From a virus (Duplodnaviria > Caudoviricetes): 64,000 bases of DNA. The stretch covers positions 7,008 through 71,007 of IMG/VR virus record IMGVR_UViG_3300048881_000755; one strand, written 5' to 3'. The notes beneath the pieces are model-generated. The model was not told the origin of the DNA, searched no databases, and saw nothing but the letters and a program-made list of their open reading frames with translations. This document shows, piece after piece, positions 9,161-18,474 of the stretch; position 1 is the stretch's first letter, and each line of letters begins with the position of its first letter. Made by a program: the position numbers and the translations under genes.

Positions 9161-10693
9161 ATGTGGGTTAATATGAAGAAGTTATCTAATGAAAACAATT
9201 CAGAGGGTTCCGAAGCGCCTGATTCTTCTGCTATGTCAGAGGAAGAAGAGAATAAAAAGAAAGAAAGAGAGGAGAAGAATAAAGAAAATATAGCTACTCT
9301 TTTGCGATCTGCTTTAAAATCGGCATCAGAAGGAATTTCAAAAGGCATATCGGCAGACCTTGCTTCAAAGAGGGATGTATCTTCAATTTTTGGTGACATT
9401 ACGGAGCTTTTTGTGGCCCCGCTGCTTCTTTCAACGCCCGGAAGAGCTCTTGAGAGAGATATAAAGGGAGCTGCAGGCCTTACGGAGACTAACAACAAGG
9501 TTAACTCAGAGGCCAAGAAAAGGCTTCAACAAAAGATAATAGCTCCATCGATTCAACTTTATACCTCAAACTTTGCTTCGCTTATTAAAGTTTTAAATAA
9601 GACTTCTTATATAAAAAAAATAGAGCTGAATGACATAACAAATATAGAGGCTATGGCTATTGAGTTTAAGGGGAAGGATCTTTCCGTTACAAACTTTAGC
9701 TCAAAAAGTCCTTACAAAATAATAATAAAACAAATCATACCTATATTGAGAGAAAAGTTTGATGCAATTGTTTCATTCGATCAATCTTTAGGCCCAGGAG
9801 CAAAGATCGATCACGAGGGGCTTGCTCAGGATTATTTGGAAGGGATGGAGATCTCAGAAGATATAGCGGAATTAGAAAGGTTTTATAAAGCAATACAAGA
9901 GTGGAAGGCAGTCTTGGAGGCCTTTAGTGAAAACGTTGATAACACCACGGGTGTTAGTTCTGAATCGAAAAAAAGCAAGAATACAGATGATGACAAAGAA
10001 GAGGGCGGGGAGGGAAGCGCCTCAGGAGAGGGCCCGCCAGCGGTCGAGACTATTGCAGAGAATATTTATATACATGCAGTTAGACCTGGACAGTATGTTC
10101 ACAGGGACCCGACTGGTGCAGGTGGTCTATATATAAATGATCATGCACTAAATAGTGAGGATACACCCGTAGTTAAGTTATATATAAAGGGGGAGGGCTC
10201 AGGTAGTGTTAATTCTTCTGGATCAGGAGAGGCTTATTTAAAGCACTTCATAAATAAGGGCGCTGTTTCCTTTGCCGGCGGCGCAAATTTATCTCAGATT
10301 ATTTATAATGTTACAAGAGAAAGTGTCTCTGGGGGATCAGAGATAACTATTTATTTTAGGCCAAATGGGGTTAAGGCAGTAAAGGGCAGTTCTGCAGAGA
10401 GAGTTGAGATTATGAGGGTTTCTTTGGATCGCGGAAATATATCTGTATTTGCAGATGATATGTCTCAAGTGGAAACTCTTAGGAAGATTTCTTCAACAGA
10501 AACAACCCCTTATTACCAAACTACCTCGCCAAGTGGTGAAGTCATATTCTTTACTCCATCAGACTTAGTTATATCAGGAGGAAGTGTTAAGGACTCTAAG
10601 GGTAATAAGTTTAAGCCTAAAAAAATAAAAGGAAAGTCTCTCGCCCAAAGAGTTGTTTCCCCAGGCTTTGGTAAGGTGAGGCGAAAGAAATGA
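9161..10693 (+). CDS. Hypothetical protein
   Basis: 510-aa ORF (alternative start at 9173, MKKLS); ATGA overlap with the next gene. Confidence 0.7.
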   Translation: MWVNMKKLSNENNSEGSEAPDSSAMSEEEENKKKEREEKNKENIATLLRSALKSASEGISKGISADLASKRDVSSIFGDITELFVAPLLLSTPGRALERDIKGAAGLTETNNKVNSEAKKRLQQKIIAPSIQLYTSNFASLIKVLNKTSYIKKIELNDITNIEAMAIEFKGKDLSVTNFSSKSPYKIIIKQIIPILREKFDAIVSFDQSLGPGAKIDHEGLAQDYLEGMEISEDIAELERFYKAIQEWKAVLEAFSENVDNTTGVSSESKKSKNTDDDKEEGGEGSASGEGPPAVETIAENIYIHAVRPGQYVHRDPTGAGGLYINDHALNSEDTPVVKLYIKGEGSGSVNSSGSGEAYLKHFINKGAVSFAGGANLSQIIYNVTRESVSGGSEITIYFRPNGVKAVKGSSAERVEIMRVSLDRGNISVFADDMSQVETLRKISSTETTPYYQTTSPSGEVIFFTPSDLVISGGSVKDSKGNKFKPKKIKGKSLAQRVVSPGFGKVRRKK

Positions 10694-11235
10694 AAAAGAC
10701 AGCCTATAATTCTAGAAGGCCGGAAGCCAGCACGCCCTGTAGATCTGCAGAAATACCTTCTGCATCTTCTGGAGAGGAGGGGCTGGGCGGAGAGCCTGGA
10801 CACGGCGTAGGAAGAGGCTACACGCTGCCAGGAGAGCCTACGAGCGCCTATGATGGAGATCCGGAAAAAGAGCTTTTGGATCCCCCGAGGTTTAGACGTA
10901 GCAGAAAGGTTGACTCAAAAGCGTTATTAGATTTATTTGTTATGCTTGCAGATGAAATGGACGGCGAGGGCGAACATGTTATGGCGAATTTTGCAGATTT
11001 TATGATTAAAAAAATTGCAGAACAAAGAGATCTTGATTATTCTATGCTCTTTAAGGATCTTCTAGTAAAGATTGTAGAGTCAGATATTGTAGATAAGAAT
11101 AAGCTAATTATATCCCTAGTAAGTATATTTAATAGAGCTTTGGTTATTAGCGCTAATAATGGTGCCACGCTAAGCAAGGCTAAGCTAAATGCCTATCAGG
11201 CGGCTGTATCAAGGGCAGAGGAATATGTCAGATAA
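10690..11235 (+). CDS. Hypothetical head-region protein
   Basis: Starts MKKTA; carries the shared helical motif LFVMLADEMDGEGEHVMANFADFMIKKIA. Confidence 0.7.
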   Translation: MKKTAYNSRRPEASTPCRSAEIPSASSGEEGLGGEPGHGVGRGYTLPGEPTSAYDGDPEKELLDPPRFRRSRKVDSKALLDLFVMLADEMDGEGEHVMANFADFMIKKIAEQRDLDYSMLFKDLLVKIVESDIVDKNKLIISLVSIFNRALVISANNGATLSKAKLNAYQAAVSRAEEYVR

Positions 11236-11524
11236 GATAAAGAAACATTCCCAGCTATTAGAGCAGAATCCGGTATATGTTGCAGAGCAGCTTCATAGTA
11301 TGATTAAGGTTATGATATCAAGAATGTCGCCTGAAGCAAGGATGCGGTCTTACCAAAACGTTTCCGGCAGGATTGCCGATTTTAATGTTGTGGAGATAGC
11401 TTCAAAAAAAGCTCCTGGCGGCGCAGCGATAGGGGTGAGTCTAGGTCTGGTTAAAAATGTTTTGAACGGTAAGGACCCATACTTTATAAACACAGTTCTT
11501 AAAGAGCTTGTGATTAGACTATGA
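11225..11524 (+). CDS. Hypothetical protein
   Basis: ORF track start is 11189; ATG at 11225 preceded by GAGG is more likely (MSDKIKKHSQ...). Confidence 0.7.
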   Translation: MSDKIKKHSQLLEQNPVYVAEQLHSMIKVMISRMSPEARMRSYQNVSGRIADFNVVEIASKKAPGGAAIGVSLGLVKNVLNGKDPYFINTVLKELVIRL

Positions 11525-11567
11525 TTATTCTGCTATTTTTTTAGATAAATAGTAATCAGGAGATGAG

Positions 11568-13808
11568 ATGAAAAAAGAGGCTTGGCCATGGATAGGGAGA
11601 ACAGAGAATGAGATGGGGTCTATGGCTCCCAGGGGAGACTCTTTTCGGGACATCTCCAATGATGCATACGAGGGTTACGATATGCTTTCTCCTGTAAAGC
11701 ACATTCACGAAGGTACGCCCCCAGAGTCTGGCGGCGAAGGTATGCGGTATACTGCTCAGCCTAGCTTTTCTGACATGCAAGATGATGAGCTTTCCGCCCT
11801 GCTGGATATGCTTCAGTCTATTCGAGCCTCACTTGAAGATAATATGACTATAGCTACGATGGGAAGCTTAGGCCTGGAATGTTCTAAGGCTTTTTTGGAT
11901 AAAAAAGTGAATATAGTTAATTTATATAAGACATCCGAGGCAATAGATTCTGATTCAAGAATTCATAAAGATTCTGGATCCCCAATGTTTCATAGGTTTC
12001 AAACTAGGCTGGATGGATTTATTCTTGATGTATCTACGGCTTCAAGAGAAGAAGCTCTTCTTTCTATAAAAAATTTATCCGAACAGATCGCTTTTAGTGG
12101 GTCTGGAATCATCTTGTCTTCGCCCAAGGCTGATATAGATAAACTTATTGGCAGAGGGGGCTTTAGTATTTTGAAGAAGCACTCTGGACTGTATGGCAAG
12201 TATCTCGTAAAGAGCGCTAGAGGGAGCAAGGTCGCTATAGCGAGATATTATGATAATAATGCTACAGAAGTTGCGTCATTTTTATGTGATATAGCAGAGA
12301 CGTTTGATGAGAAAAAGGATGGATTGCAGGTTTATTCTAGGCTGAAAAAAGAATGTGGGTTAGTATTTTCATACAAAAGGCCCACAGATGTTATGTTTCA
12401 CATGGGCAGTGTTAGTTACCCTATAGATATTATCTTTATAGATAAAGACGACAATGTTAAGGCTATTTATAAGAATATTTCACCAGGATCTTTAGAGGTC
12501 TTTGGCGCATCTGGCATATCTAATGTCCTTGAAATCTCCGGTGGCCTATCTAACCTTTTGGATATAAAAGTTGGTGGAAAGATTTACATCACCAGAGGAG
12601 AGGCTTATTCTGGTGATATAGAAAAGATTGGTTCGCTTCTTTCTGATTTAGACATAAATGGAGTCGCATTTAAACATACGCATTCAGGTAATCCGGCTGC
12701 ATATAATATTGCAGGAAAGAATATTATAAGAGTTAGGGGGAAAGAAGCCCCGTCTACGTTTAATATTATGAAAAAGTTTGCTTCGAAAAATATAGCCTTG
12801 GAAAATAGGTCTACCGCTGTAGACATAGACACTTTTTTAAGCTCACTGGGAAGAGTAAGGCTATATTCTAGTGAGCCTCCAAATATTAAGGGCAGAATTC
12901 ATTGTGGTATTTTTAATGAAACATTTTCTATAAAAGAAGGCTCTTATATAGATGTTCCCGCATTAACTTTTTTCAGGAAAGGCGTATATGAAAAGCTGAG
13001 TGAGAATTATTCTTTTATAGATAACAAATCTATTCTAGAGTCCTTTTCTCTTGATCATAAGAAGATTCTTAAGAAGATAGGCTCAAAAAGCTCTACTGAT
13101 ATTATAGTTGTTTCCAGAGAAGAGCTGGAAACGGATCTTGTAGAAATGTTTCTGGAGAAGTCTATAGAAAAGATATTTGGAGAAAAGATATGTATAACTT
13201 CCTCTTCATTGCAGATTCCTAAAAGCTTTGGATCAAAGAGCGCATATAAAGCTGTAAACCAGAGGTTTGGGGACGCAGACCTATGTTCTCATGCTCTTGT
13301 GAAGGAAGGCGGAATGCCTGTTCCTGAGGGAACGAAAGACAAGGCGAGAAATGCTTTGAAATATATTTCTAGATCATCAGAGCTTTGTGACAAATTAGTG
13401 GATAATTTTGGTAAAAATTTAGAAGCTTATAACAAAATCTCAGGCAATGCAGATGCTATCGCCTCTAGTAAAGGAAAATACAACCAGTCATGTAAGAGAA
13501 ATTCTAGATTAGCAAAAAGAATGCTTTTAAATATCAAGAGCAGTATTCAGATGCTAAATGAGATAAAAGATATATCAACTACATCAGAGGTAATAGGCGC
13601 TATAGCTGAAGCGGCAAAAGTTTCTTCAGAGTCAGTAAAAGAAATTATAGATTTAATAAGTGTAATTGATACAGATGAATTTTCGACCAAGTTAGAAGAA
13701 TCTACGGGCAAGGCGGAGTCTTCTTTAAAAGATACGGTGATGACCCTCAGTAGAGCAAAAGATTATATTAATAATGACATTCTTGGTATACTGGTTCTTA
13801 CGGAGTAA
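11568..13808 (+). CDS. Multidomain protein with central DUF192-like domain
   Basis: Segment CDIAETFDEKKDGLQ...GLVFSY...FHMGSVSYPIDIIFID...VLEISGG...IKVGGKI matches the DUF192 pattern; helical C-terminus; starts MKKEA. Confidence 0.75.
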   Translation: MKKEAWPWIGRTENEMGSMAPRGDSFRDISNDAYEGYDMLSPVKHIHEGTPPESGGEGMRYTAQPSFSDMQDDELSALLDMLQSIRASLEDNMTIATMGSLGLECSKAFLDKKVNIVNLYKTSEAIDSDSRIHKDSGSPMFHRFQTRLDGFILDVSTASREEALLSIKNLSEQIAFSGSGIILSSPKADIDKLIGRGGFSILKKHSGLYGKYLVKSARGSKVAIARYYDNNATEVASFLCDIAETFDEKKDGLQVYSRLKKECGLVFSYKRPTDVMFHMGSVSYPIDIIFIDKDDNVKAIYKNISPGSLEVFGASGISNVLEISGGLSNLLDIKVGGKIYITRGEAYSGDIEKIGSLLSDLDINGVAFKHTHSGNPAAYNIAGKNIIRVRGKEAPSTFNIMKKFASKNIALENRSTAVDIDTFLSSLGRVRLYSSEPPNIKGRIHCGIFNETFSIKEGSYIDVPALTFFRKGVYEKLSENYSFIDNKSILESFSLDHKKILKKIGSKSSTDIIVVSREELETDLVEMFLEKSIEKIFGEKICITSSSLQIPKSFGSKSAYKAVNQRFGDADLCSHALVKEGGMPVPEGTKDKARNALKYISRSSELCDKLVDNFGKNLEAYNKISGNADAIASSKGKYNQSCKRNSRLAKRMLLNIKSSIQMLNEIKDISTTSEVIGAIAEAAKVSSESVKEIIDLISVIDTDEFSTKLEESTGKAESSLKDTVMTLSRAKDYINNDILGILVLTE

Positions 13809-13810
13809 AT

Positions 13811-13987
13811 ATGTTTATAAAATTTAGTGATAAAACAAAGAATATCATGGTTAAAAAAAGCAGCGAAGAGGCTGTGGACGGCTATCTTGATGAGGAGTGT
13901 TTGTTTTTGGATAGTAATGATGAAAAAGATAGAAGAGTCAAAGCTTTATCTGAATATGAAAAAAATAAGCCAAAAGACAAGAATTAG
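13811..13987 (+). CDS. Small hypothetical protein (58 aa, absent from the ORF track)
   Basis: GGAG SD at 13802; MFIKFSDKTKNIMVKKSSEEAVDG...KPKDKN then TAG. Confidence 0.7.
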   Translation: MFIKFSDKTKNIMVKKSSEEAVDGYLDEECLFLDSNDEKDRRVKALSEYEKNKPKDKN

Positions 13988-14115
13988 TATAAAAACTATG
14001 TAATTCAAAAAAATTTTACACAAAAAAAGCAGAAACTAATATTTATATAAATATTTGTAGTTTACGTGTCTGCTGTAAGTTTCATATAAGATGTTTCGTA
14101 TAAGGGTTTTATTAA

Positions 14116-17100
14116 ATGTTTAAAAAAGTATGTTTCTCTCCAGAAAGTGATGCTGTCTCTACACACACATCTGCGGAGATTTCAGCAAATCCAAAATTGG
14201 TAGAGAGGATGACTAAGCTTGCTAATGGTATTAAGACCATAGCACCTAGGTCAGATGACTTTCTTTATTTTTCTATAATATTTTTAAAAGCAGCAGAATC
14301 TGCCACATTAGACGACTCTGGACTTATAAAGAAGACCTCAAGCGGAGATAACGCTTGGGGTTTTTTTGATGAAAACTGGAAATGGCATGGAAACGTAAAA
14401 CCTCACAGAAATAATAATAACGATATCTTCCCTGAATCAGAGCTAAAGATTGCTGCAAAAAAATGGATAGGCATGCCCCTGTGTCGTGACCATGAGTCAA
14501 GCTCTGTAGACGGAATTCGTGGGATCATCCTAGATGCGCATTATGATGAGAAATTTAAGCAGATCATTGGCCTCTGTGCTTTAGACAAGATTAATTATCC
14601 TGATTTAGCGAGAAAGGTTGAAACGGGACTTGTTAGGTACGGATCAATGGGCACAGCCGTTGAGACATCTATATGCTCAGATTGTGGAAATAGGGCTCAA
14701 ACTCAAAAAGAGTATTGTGAGCATGTAAATAATAGGCTTGCTCACGGTGAAATAAACGTTGGTCTAAAGCCAATAGAGTACAGCCTTGTCGTCCAGCCTG
14801 CGGAACCTGGTGCGGTATTGTTAAAGTGTATTGCCTCTCTGCAGGGCTATAGGCAAGAACTTTCAAATTATGGAGTAGATAATGTAGATGAAATGCTCGG
14901 CAAGCTTTCGTTTGGTCAAGCTCAACATTTGGAAGGTATAATGAAAACAGCCTGTGGAGATACGGGCTGTTCTATTTCTGAGAGAAAAAAAATCGTTAGA
15001 AGTTTTTTGAAAAATAATTCGTTACTTAAAGAATCTCATTCAACTGGGGATGATTCAGGTGAGAGCTTTGCAAACACAGGTATCGCTGGTTTATCAGAAC
15101 GCCTAAGGAGTGCAACGGAAGCGGCAAAGGCTTTGGCGGATCCTGATGTGCCAGAAGACGCAAGAAAGATTCTTAGTAGTTTAATGAATAAGTTAAAGTT
15201 AGAAGAAAAGTTAGAGGATGAAGGACAATTAAGAGGAGAAATGACCTCTAGGCCCCAAGATGATCAGGAGTCGTTTACTTCTGGTGAAAATACAGAGGGG
15301 GCTATAGGGGCTGGGGGCGTTCCGCTGTTTAGTGCAGCGCCATCAAATTCTCAAACTAGTATGTTAGGTGGAGGGGATACCGGGAATAGGCCCGATTTTC
15401 CACCGGATGATGACATTTTGTCATTTGACAATCCGTCTGGCGGTGAAGCTGTGACGGTTGAATCAAGTAGAAGAAATCACAGTATTAAAGTTGCAAATAA
15501 TGATCTAGATAATGATTATGTAGACGACTTTTCAATCAATTCAATAATGGAGGATATTATGAATGAGTCAAGATTAAGAAAGAGAGCAGAGCTTCGCCGT
15601 AGAATAGCTTATATGCAAGGTGGAGCGGAGGGTGTCGAGCCAAATACTTACAAGAGTGAGACTTGGGACAGAGACCAGGACAAGCAAATGAAGCAGACCG
15701 GCAATATGGGCGGAACTGATGGCATGGCCCCTGGAGATAAGGAAACAAAAGAGAAGCTTAGTCGTGCAGAGCTTAAGCAGCGTAGACTTAAGCGCTTAGC
15801 TTATATGCAAGGTGGAGCTGAAGGTGTTGAGCCAAATACTTACAAGAGTGAGACTTGGGATAGAAACCAGGACAAGCAAATGCAGCAGACCGGCAATATG
15901 GGCGGAACTGACGGAACCTTTCCTGGAGATAAGGAGACTAAGGAGAAGCTTAGTCGTGCAGCATATAATGGCCCTGCCCTAAGAACTAGGTTCAGTGTAA
16001 GGCGCAGAACAGACGGATCAGTTGATAGAGGGAACAGCGTTTTTGAGGTTTTTGCTGGAGATCGAAGAGTTATAGCTGCAACTGCAGGCCAAATCTACCA
16101 AGATGAGCTTGCGGGAAATTGGGAGTGGATTTCTAGTCAGGAATATGGCAGAGAGGTTTGCTCTCAGATCAGACAGGCCGGACTTGATAAAGTGTCGAGT
16201 TTGCTAAAGACGGCACAAGAGGCTCCCCCGTTGGACGATATGGGCGGTGCTCCGCCTGACCTTCCCCCGTTGGACGATATGGGCGGTGCTCCGCCTGACC
16301 TTCCCCCGTTGGACGATATGGGCGGTGCTCCGCCTGACCTTCCCCCGTTGGACGATGCTGGGGCCCCACCTGAGGAGGAAGAGGACTTAACTCCATCGGA
16401 AGAGATTGAAAATAGACTTGCGGACATGGAAGGACTCCTTGACGAGATAAGAGACTTCGTGTCAAAGCTTGAGGACGAAAGACTTGCTGACGTAGATGTT
16501 AACGTATTTACTGGAAAGGGCAAAGAAGGAGAGACTGTCGAGGCTGGTGACGGCGGGCTTGGTGCTTTGTCCTCAGAGCTTATTAGCGGGCTAAAAACTG
16601 CTTACAGAAGGCTTGACGGCTCTGCCGATGAGCTTTCTTTGGTTGCAGAAACTTATGATAATATATCTAAGTTGTCTTCCGGGAACAGAAAGCAGTTTGT
16701 AAAGCTTGCATCCGCAGCTGTAAAGGATGCCGATCATCTTACGGGAGAATCAAGAGGGCTTATGAAGGTCGCCAGATCGGTCATGGAAGATATGGCTCAA
16801 GACGGCTCTTTCGCTGATGATGCTGATGATGCTGACGACGCCACAGATTTTCTGACATTTGCAGATTCAAATGATGCAGATGATAATATCGAAGATGGAG
16901 ATGGTGATTCTGCAGATGACTATATTGATGATGGCGCTGTAGATTCGGCAGATGATAATGCAGAAGATCTCGTGGCAGAAGCCATGAGCCTGAGAAAAGC
17001 TAGGAGAGAATCCCTTCTAAAGCAAGCTGAAAATAGATTTCTTTCAGAAAGAGCCGCAAGCAGAGAGAATATTCTGAAACAAGCAGAGGGATCGCATGTA

Positions 17101-17523
17101 TCTGATGAGGTTGCAGAAGATGCTCTAGACGAAGATGTTATTGTGGCGACAGAGAACAGAGGGAGCAATCTTGTAAAGAGCATTCTTGACTCGAAGGTTG
17201 CTGAGAAAAGGGTAGACGAGGAGCGTGAGAATTATCGAATCAAGCTGAGAAGAGCTTATGATGTTGGCCTTGAAATGCAAAGGAAAGGTCTTCTTGCTCA
17301 CAGCAAAACCGCTTTAGATAAGCAGGTTGATGAAATAATGACTTTTGATGGCAATGCTTTTGAGGCATTTAAGCGAAGCATAGGTAACGCTAGAGCTGTC
17401 GGCAGTGTCAAGATCGCTTCTGATTTAGGAGGCGTCAATATCGGCGTCGAGCCCGACCAAGTGTCCAGTAAGCCTACTGGTAGACTTACGACGGCAGATA
17501 CATTAACATCGATGTGGGAATAA
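14116..17523 (+). CDS. Prohead protease / scaffold fusion protein
   Basis: N-terminal HK97-type protease: PLCRDH (His), YGSMG (Ser), IEYSLVVQPA, with a CSDC...CEH zinc site; C-terminal acidic, repetitive, coiled-coil scaffold-like part. Confidence 0.82.
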   Translation: MFKKVCFSPESDAVSTHTSAEISANPKLVERMTKLANGIKTIAPRSDDFLYFSIIFLKAAESATLDDSGLIKKTSSGDNAWGFFDENWKWHGNVKPHRNNNNDIFPESELKIAAKKWIGMPLCRDHESSSVDGIRGIILDAHYDEKFKQIIGLCALDKINYPDLARKVETGLVRYGSMGTAVETSICSDCGNRAQTQKEYCEHVNNRLAHGEINVGLKPIEYSLVVQPAEPGAVLLKCIASLQGYRQELSNYGVDNVDEMLGKLSFGQAQHLEGIMKTACGDTGCSISERKKIVRSFLKNNSLLKESHSTGDDSGESFANTGIAGLSERLRSATEAAKALADPDVPEDARKILSSLMNKLKLEEKLEDEGQLRGEMTSRPQDDQESFTSGENTEGAIGAGGVPLFSAAPSNSQTSMLGGGDTGNRPDFPPDDDILSFDNPSGGEAVTVESSRRNHSIKVANNDLDNDYVDDFSINSIMEDIMNESRLRKRAELRRRIAYMQGGAEGVEPNTYKSETWDRDQDKQMKQTGNMGGTDGMAPGDKETKEKLSRAELKQRRLKRLAYMQGGAEGVEPNTYKSETWDRNQDKQMQQTGNMGGTDGTFPGDKETKEKLSRAAYNGPALRTRFSVRRRTDGSVDRGNSVFEVFAGDRRVIAATAGQIYQDELAGNWEWISSQEYGREVCSQIRQAGLDKVSSLLKTAQEAPPLDDMGGAPPDLPPLDDMGGAPPDLPPLDDMGGAPPDLPPLDDAGAPPEEEEDLTPSEEIENRLADMEGLLDEIRDFVSKLEDERLADVDVNVFTGKGKEGETVEAGDGGLGALSSELISGLKTAYRRLDGSADELSLVAETYDNISKLSSGNRKQFVKLASAAVKDADHLTGESRGLMKVARSVMEDMAQDGSFADDADDADDATDFLTFADSNDADDNIEDGDGDSADDYIDDGAVDSADDNAEDLVAEAMSLRKARRESLLKQAENRFLSERAASRENILKQAEGSHVSDEVAEDALDEDVIVATENRGSNLVKSILDSKVAEKRVDEERENYRIKLRRAYDVGLEMQRKGLLAHSKTALDKQVDEIMTFDGNAFEAFKRSIGNARAVGSVKIASDLGGVNIGVEPDQVSSKPTGRLTTADTLTSMWE
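15605..15961 (+). repeat. Tandem duplication with 192-nt (64-aa) period in the scaffold region
   Basis: AYMQGGAEGVEPNTYKSETWDR.QDKQM.QTGNMGGTDG..PGDKETKEKLSRA at 15605-15769 and 15797-15961. Confidence 0.9.
16224..16356 (+). repeat. 39-nt perfect tandem repeat, three full copies plus a partial one (PPLDDMGGAPPDL)
   Basis: TCCCCCGTTGGACGATATGGGCGGTGCTCCGCCTGACCT at 16224, 16263, 16302, partial at 16341. Confidence 0.92.
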
Positions 17524-17534
17524 GGAGGATAACC

Positions 17535-18359
17535 ATGCATAGTTTAAAACCATCTGGAGATAATATTGCCCAAGAGTTTTTAAGAATCTTGGGAAAGAAG
17601 AGTTTGGTTAAGTCAGCCGCTTTTGAAGTGCCCGATGATCCTGCCGAAGAAGGCGTTGAGGTTGGTGGTTACACGTCTGAGACCGGGGAAAGCGTAGGCG
17701 GGTTTAGCGTTGAACAATCTGATTTTGATTTTTTGGCCGAACTGGAGAAGACGCTTAATCAGACTGTTGATGTTGGTTCTGTCGCTAGTGGGCTGGAGCA
17801 ATCCCTTGAAGGTATGATAACAGACGATGACGAGGCCGGTGGAGATCGAGCAACCGAACAGCTTATTGCTATGGATTCGGCTCTTGATTCTTTCGCGCAT
17901 ACTAATTCAGAAAAAAGAGTGCTTATTGGGCTGTCTAAGATAGCCGGAAGTCTGAGGGCAAAAGGTGAAGCTTTTGCTGCAGACGTCGTAAATGCTACTG
18001 CCATTAGTATACATGGTGATTTGCAGAAAGAAGCTGGAAGAAAAGATGCGATTGTATCCGGACTAAAGAAGCTTGCGAGGGAGTTTTACAATGGTAAAGA
18101 CCCACTTGCTGGTGATATGGTTCAGGTCACAATAAATAAAATTGGAGGAAACCCCTTTGACGAGCTGGAAGATGAACTCGACAAGCAGGAAGAGTCCGGG
18201 GGATCACCGCAAGATCAGTTGCTTCAGTGGTCGTGTGTAGACGATGCTCGCGGAAAGAAAATCAGGAAAGATTGGAAAGCTAAGGCTGAAGGCGGTGATC
18301 AAGCAGTTAAGATGCTTATGATGCAGTCAAAGAAAAAATGTCCTGACATGTGGACCTAG
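17535..18359 (+). CDS. Hypothetical head-region protein with two copies of the shared helical motif
   Basis: ATG at 17535 follows AGGAGG (ORF track start 17514 overlaps the upstream gene); KSA, KIA, KEA, KLA sites. Confidence 0.75.
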   Translation: MHSLKPSGDNIAQEFLRILGKKSLVKSAAFEVPDDPAEEGVEVGGYTSETGESVGGFSVEQSDFDFLAELEKTLNQTVDVGSVASGLEQSLEGMITDDDEAGGDRATEQLIAMDSALDSFAHTNSEKRVLIGLSKIAGSLRAKGEAFAADVVNATAISIHGDLQKEAGRKDAIVSGLKKLAREFYNGKDPLAGDMVQVTINKIGGNPFDELEDELDKQEESGGSPQDQLLQWSCVDDARGKKIRKDWKAKAEGGDQAVKMLMMQSKKKCPDMWT

Positions 18360-18420
18360 GAGTTGAATTAAGTTGTATAAGCTTTTAAATTGAACAATCT
18401 GAACTATTAATAGTAAGATA

Positions 18421-18450
18421 AAAGGGAGGGAGTAAATACCCTCCCTTTTT
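18421..18450 (+). terminator. Rho-independent terminator-like hairpin
   Basis: AAAGGGAGGG-AGTAAATA-CCCTCCCTTTTT. Confidence 0.75.
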
Positions 18451-18474
18451 GATTTTTATATATGGGAGAAATAA

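Noticed and set aside
16224-16356. 39-nt repeats as a CRISPR array
   Set aside because: The repeats are head-to-tail with no spacers, in frame within a CDS, and no cas genes are present.
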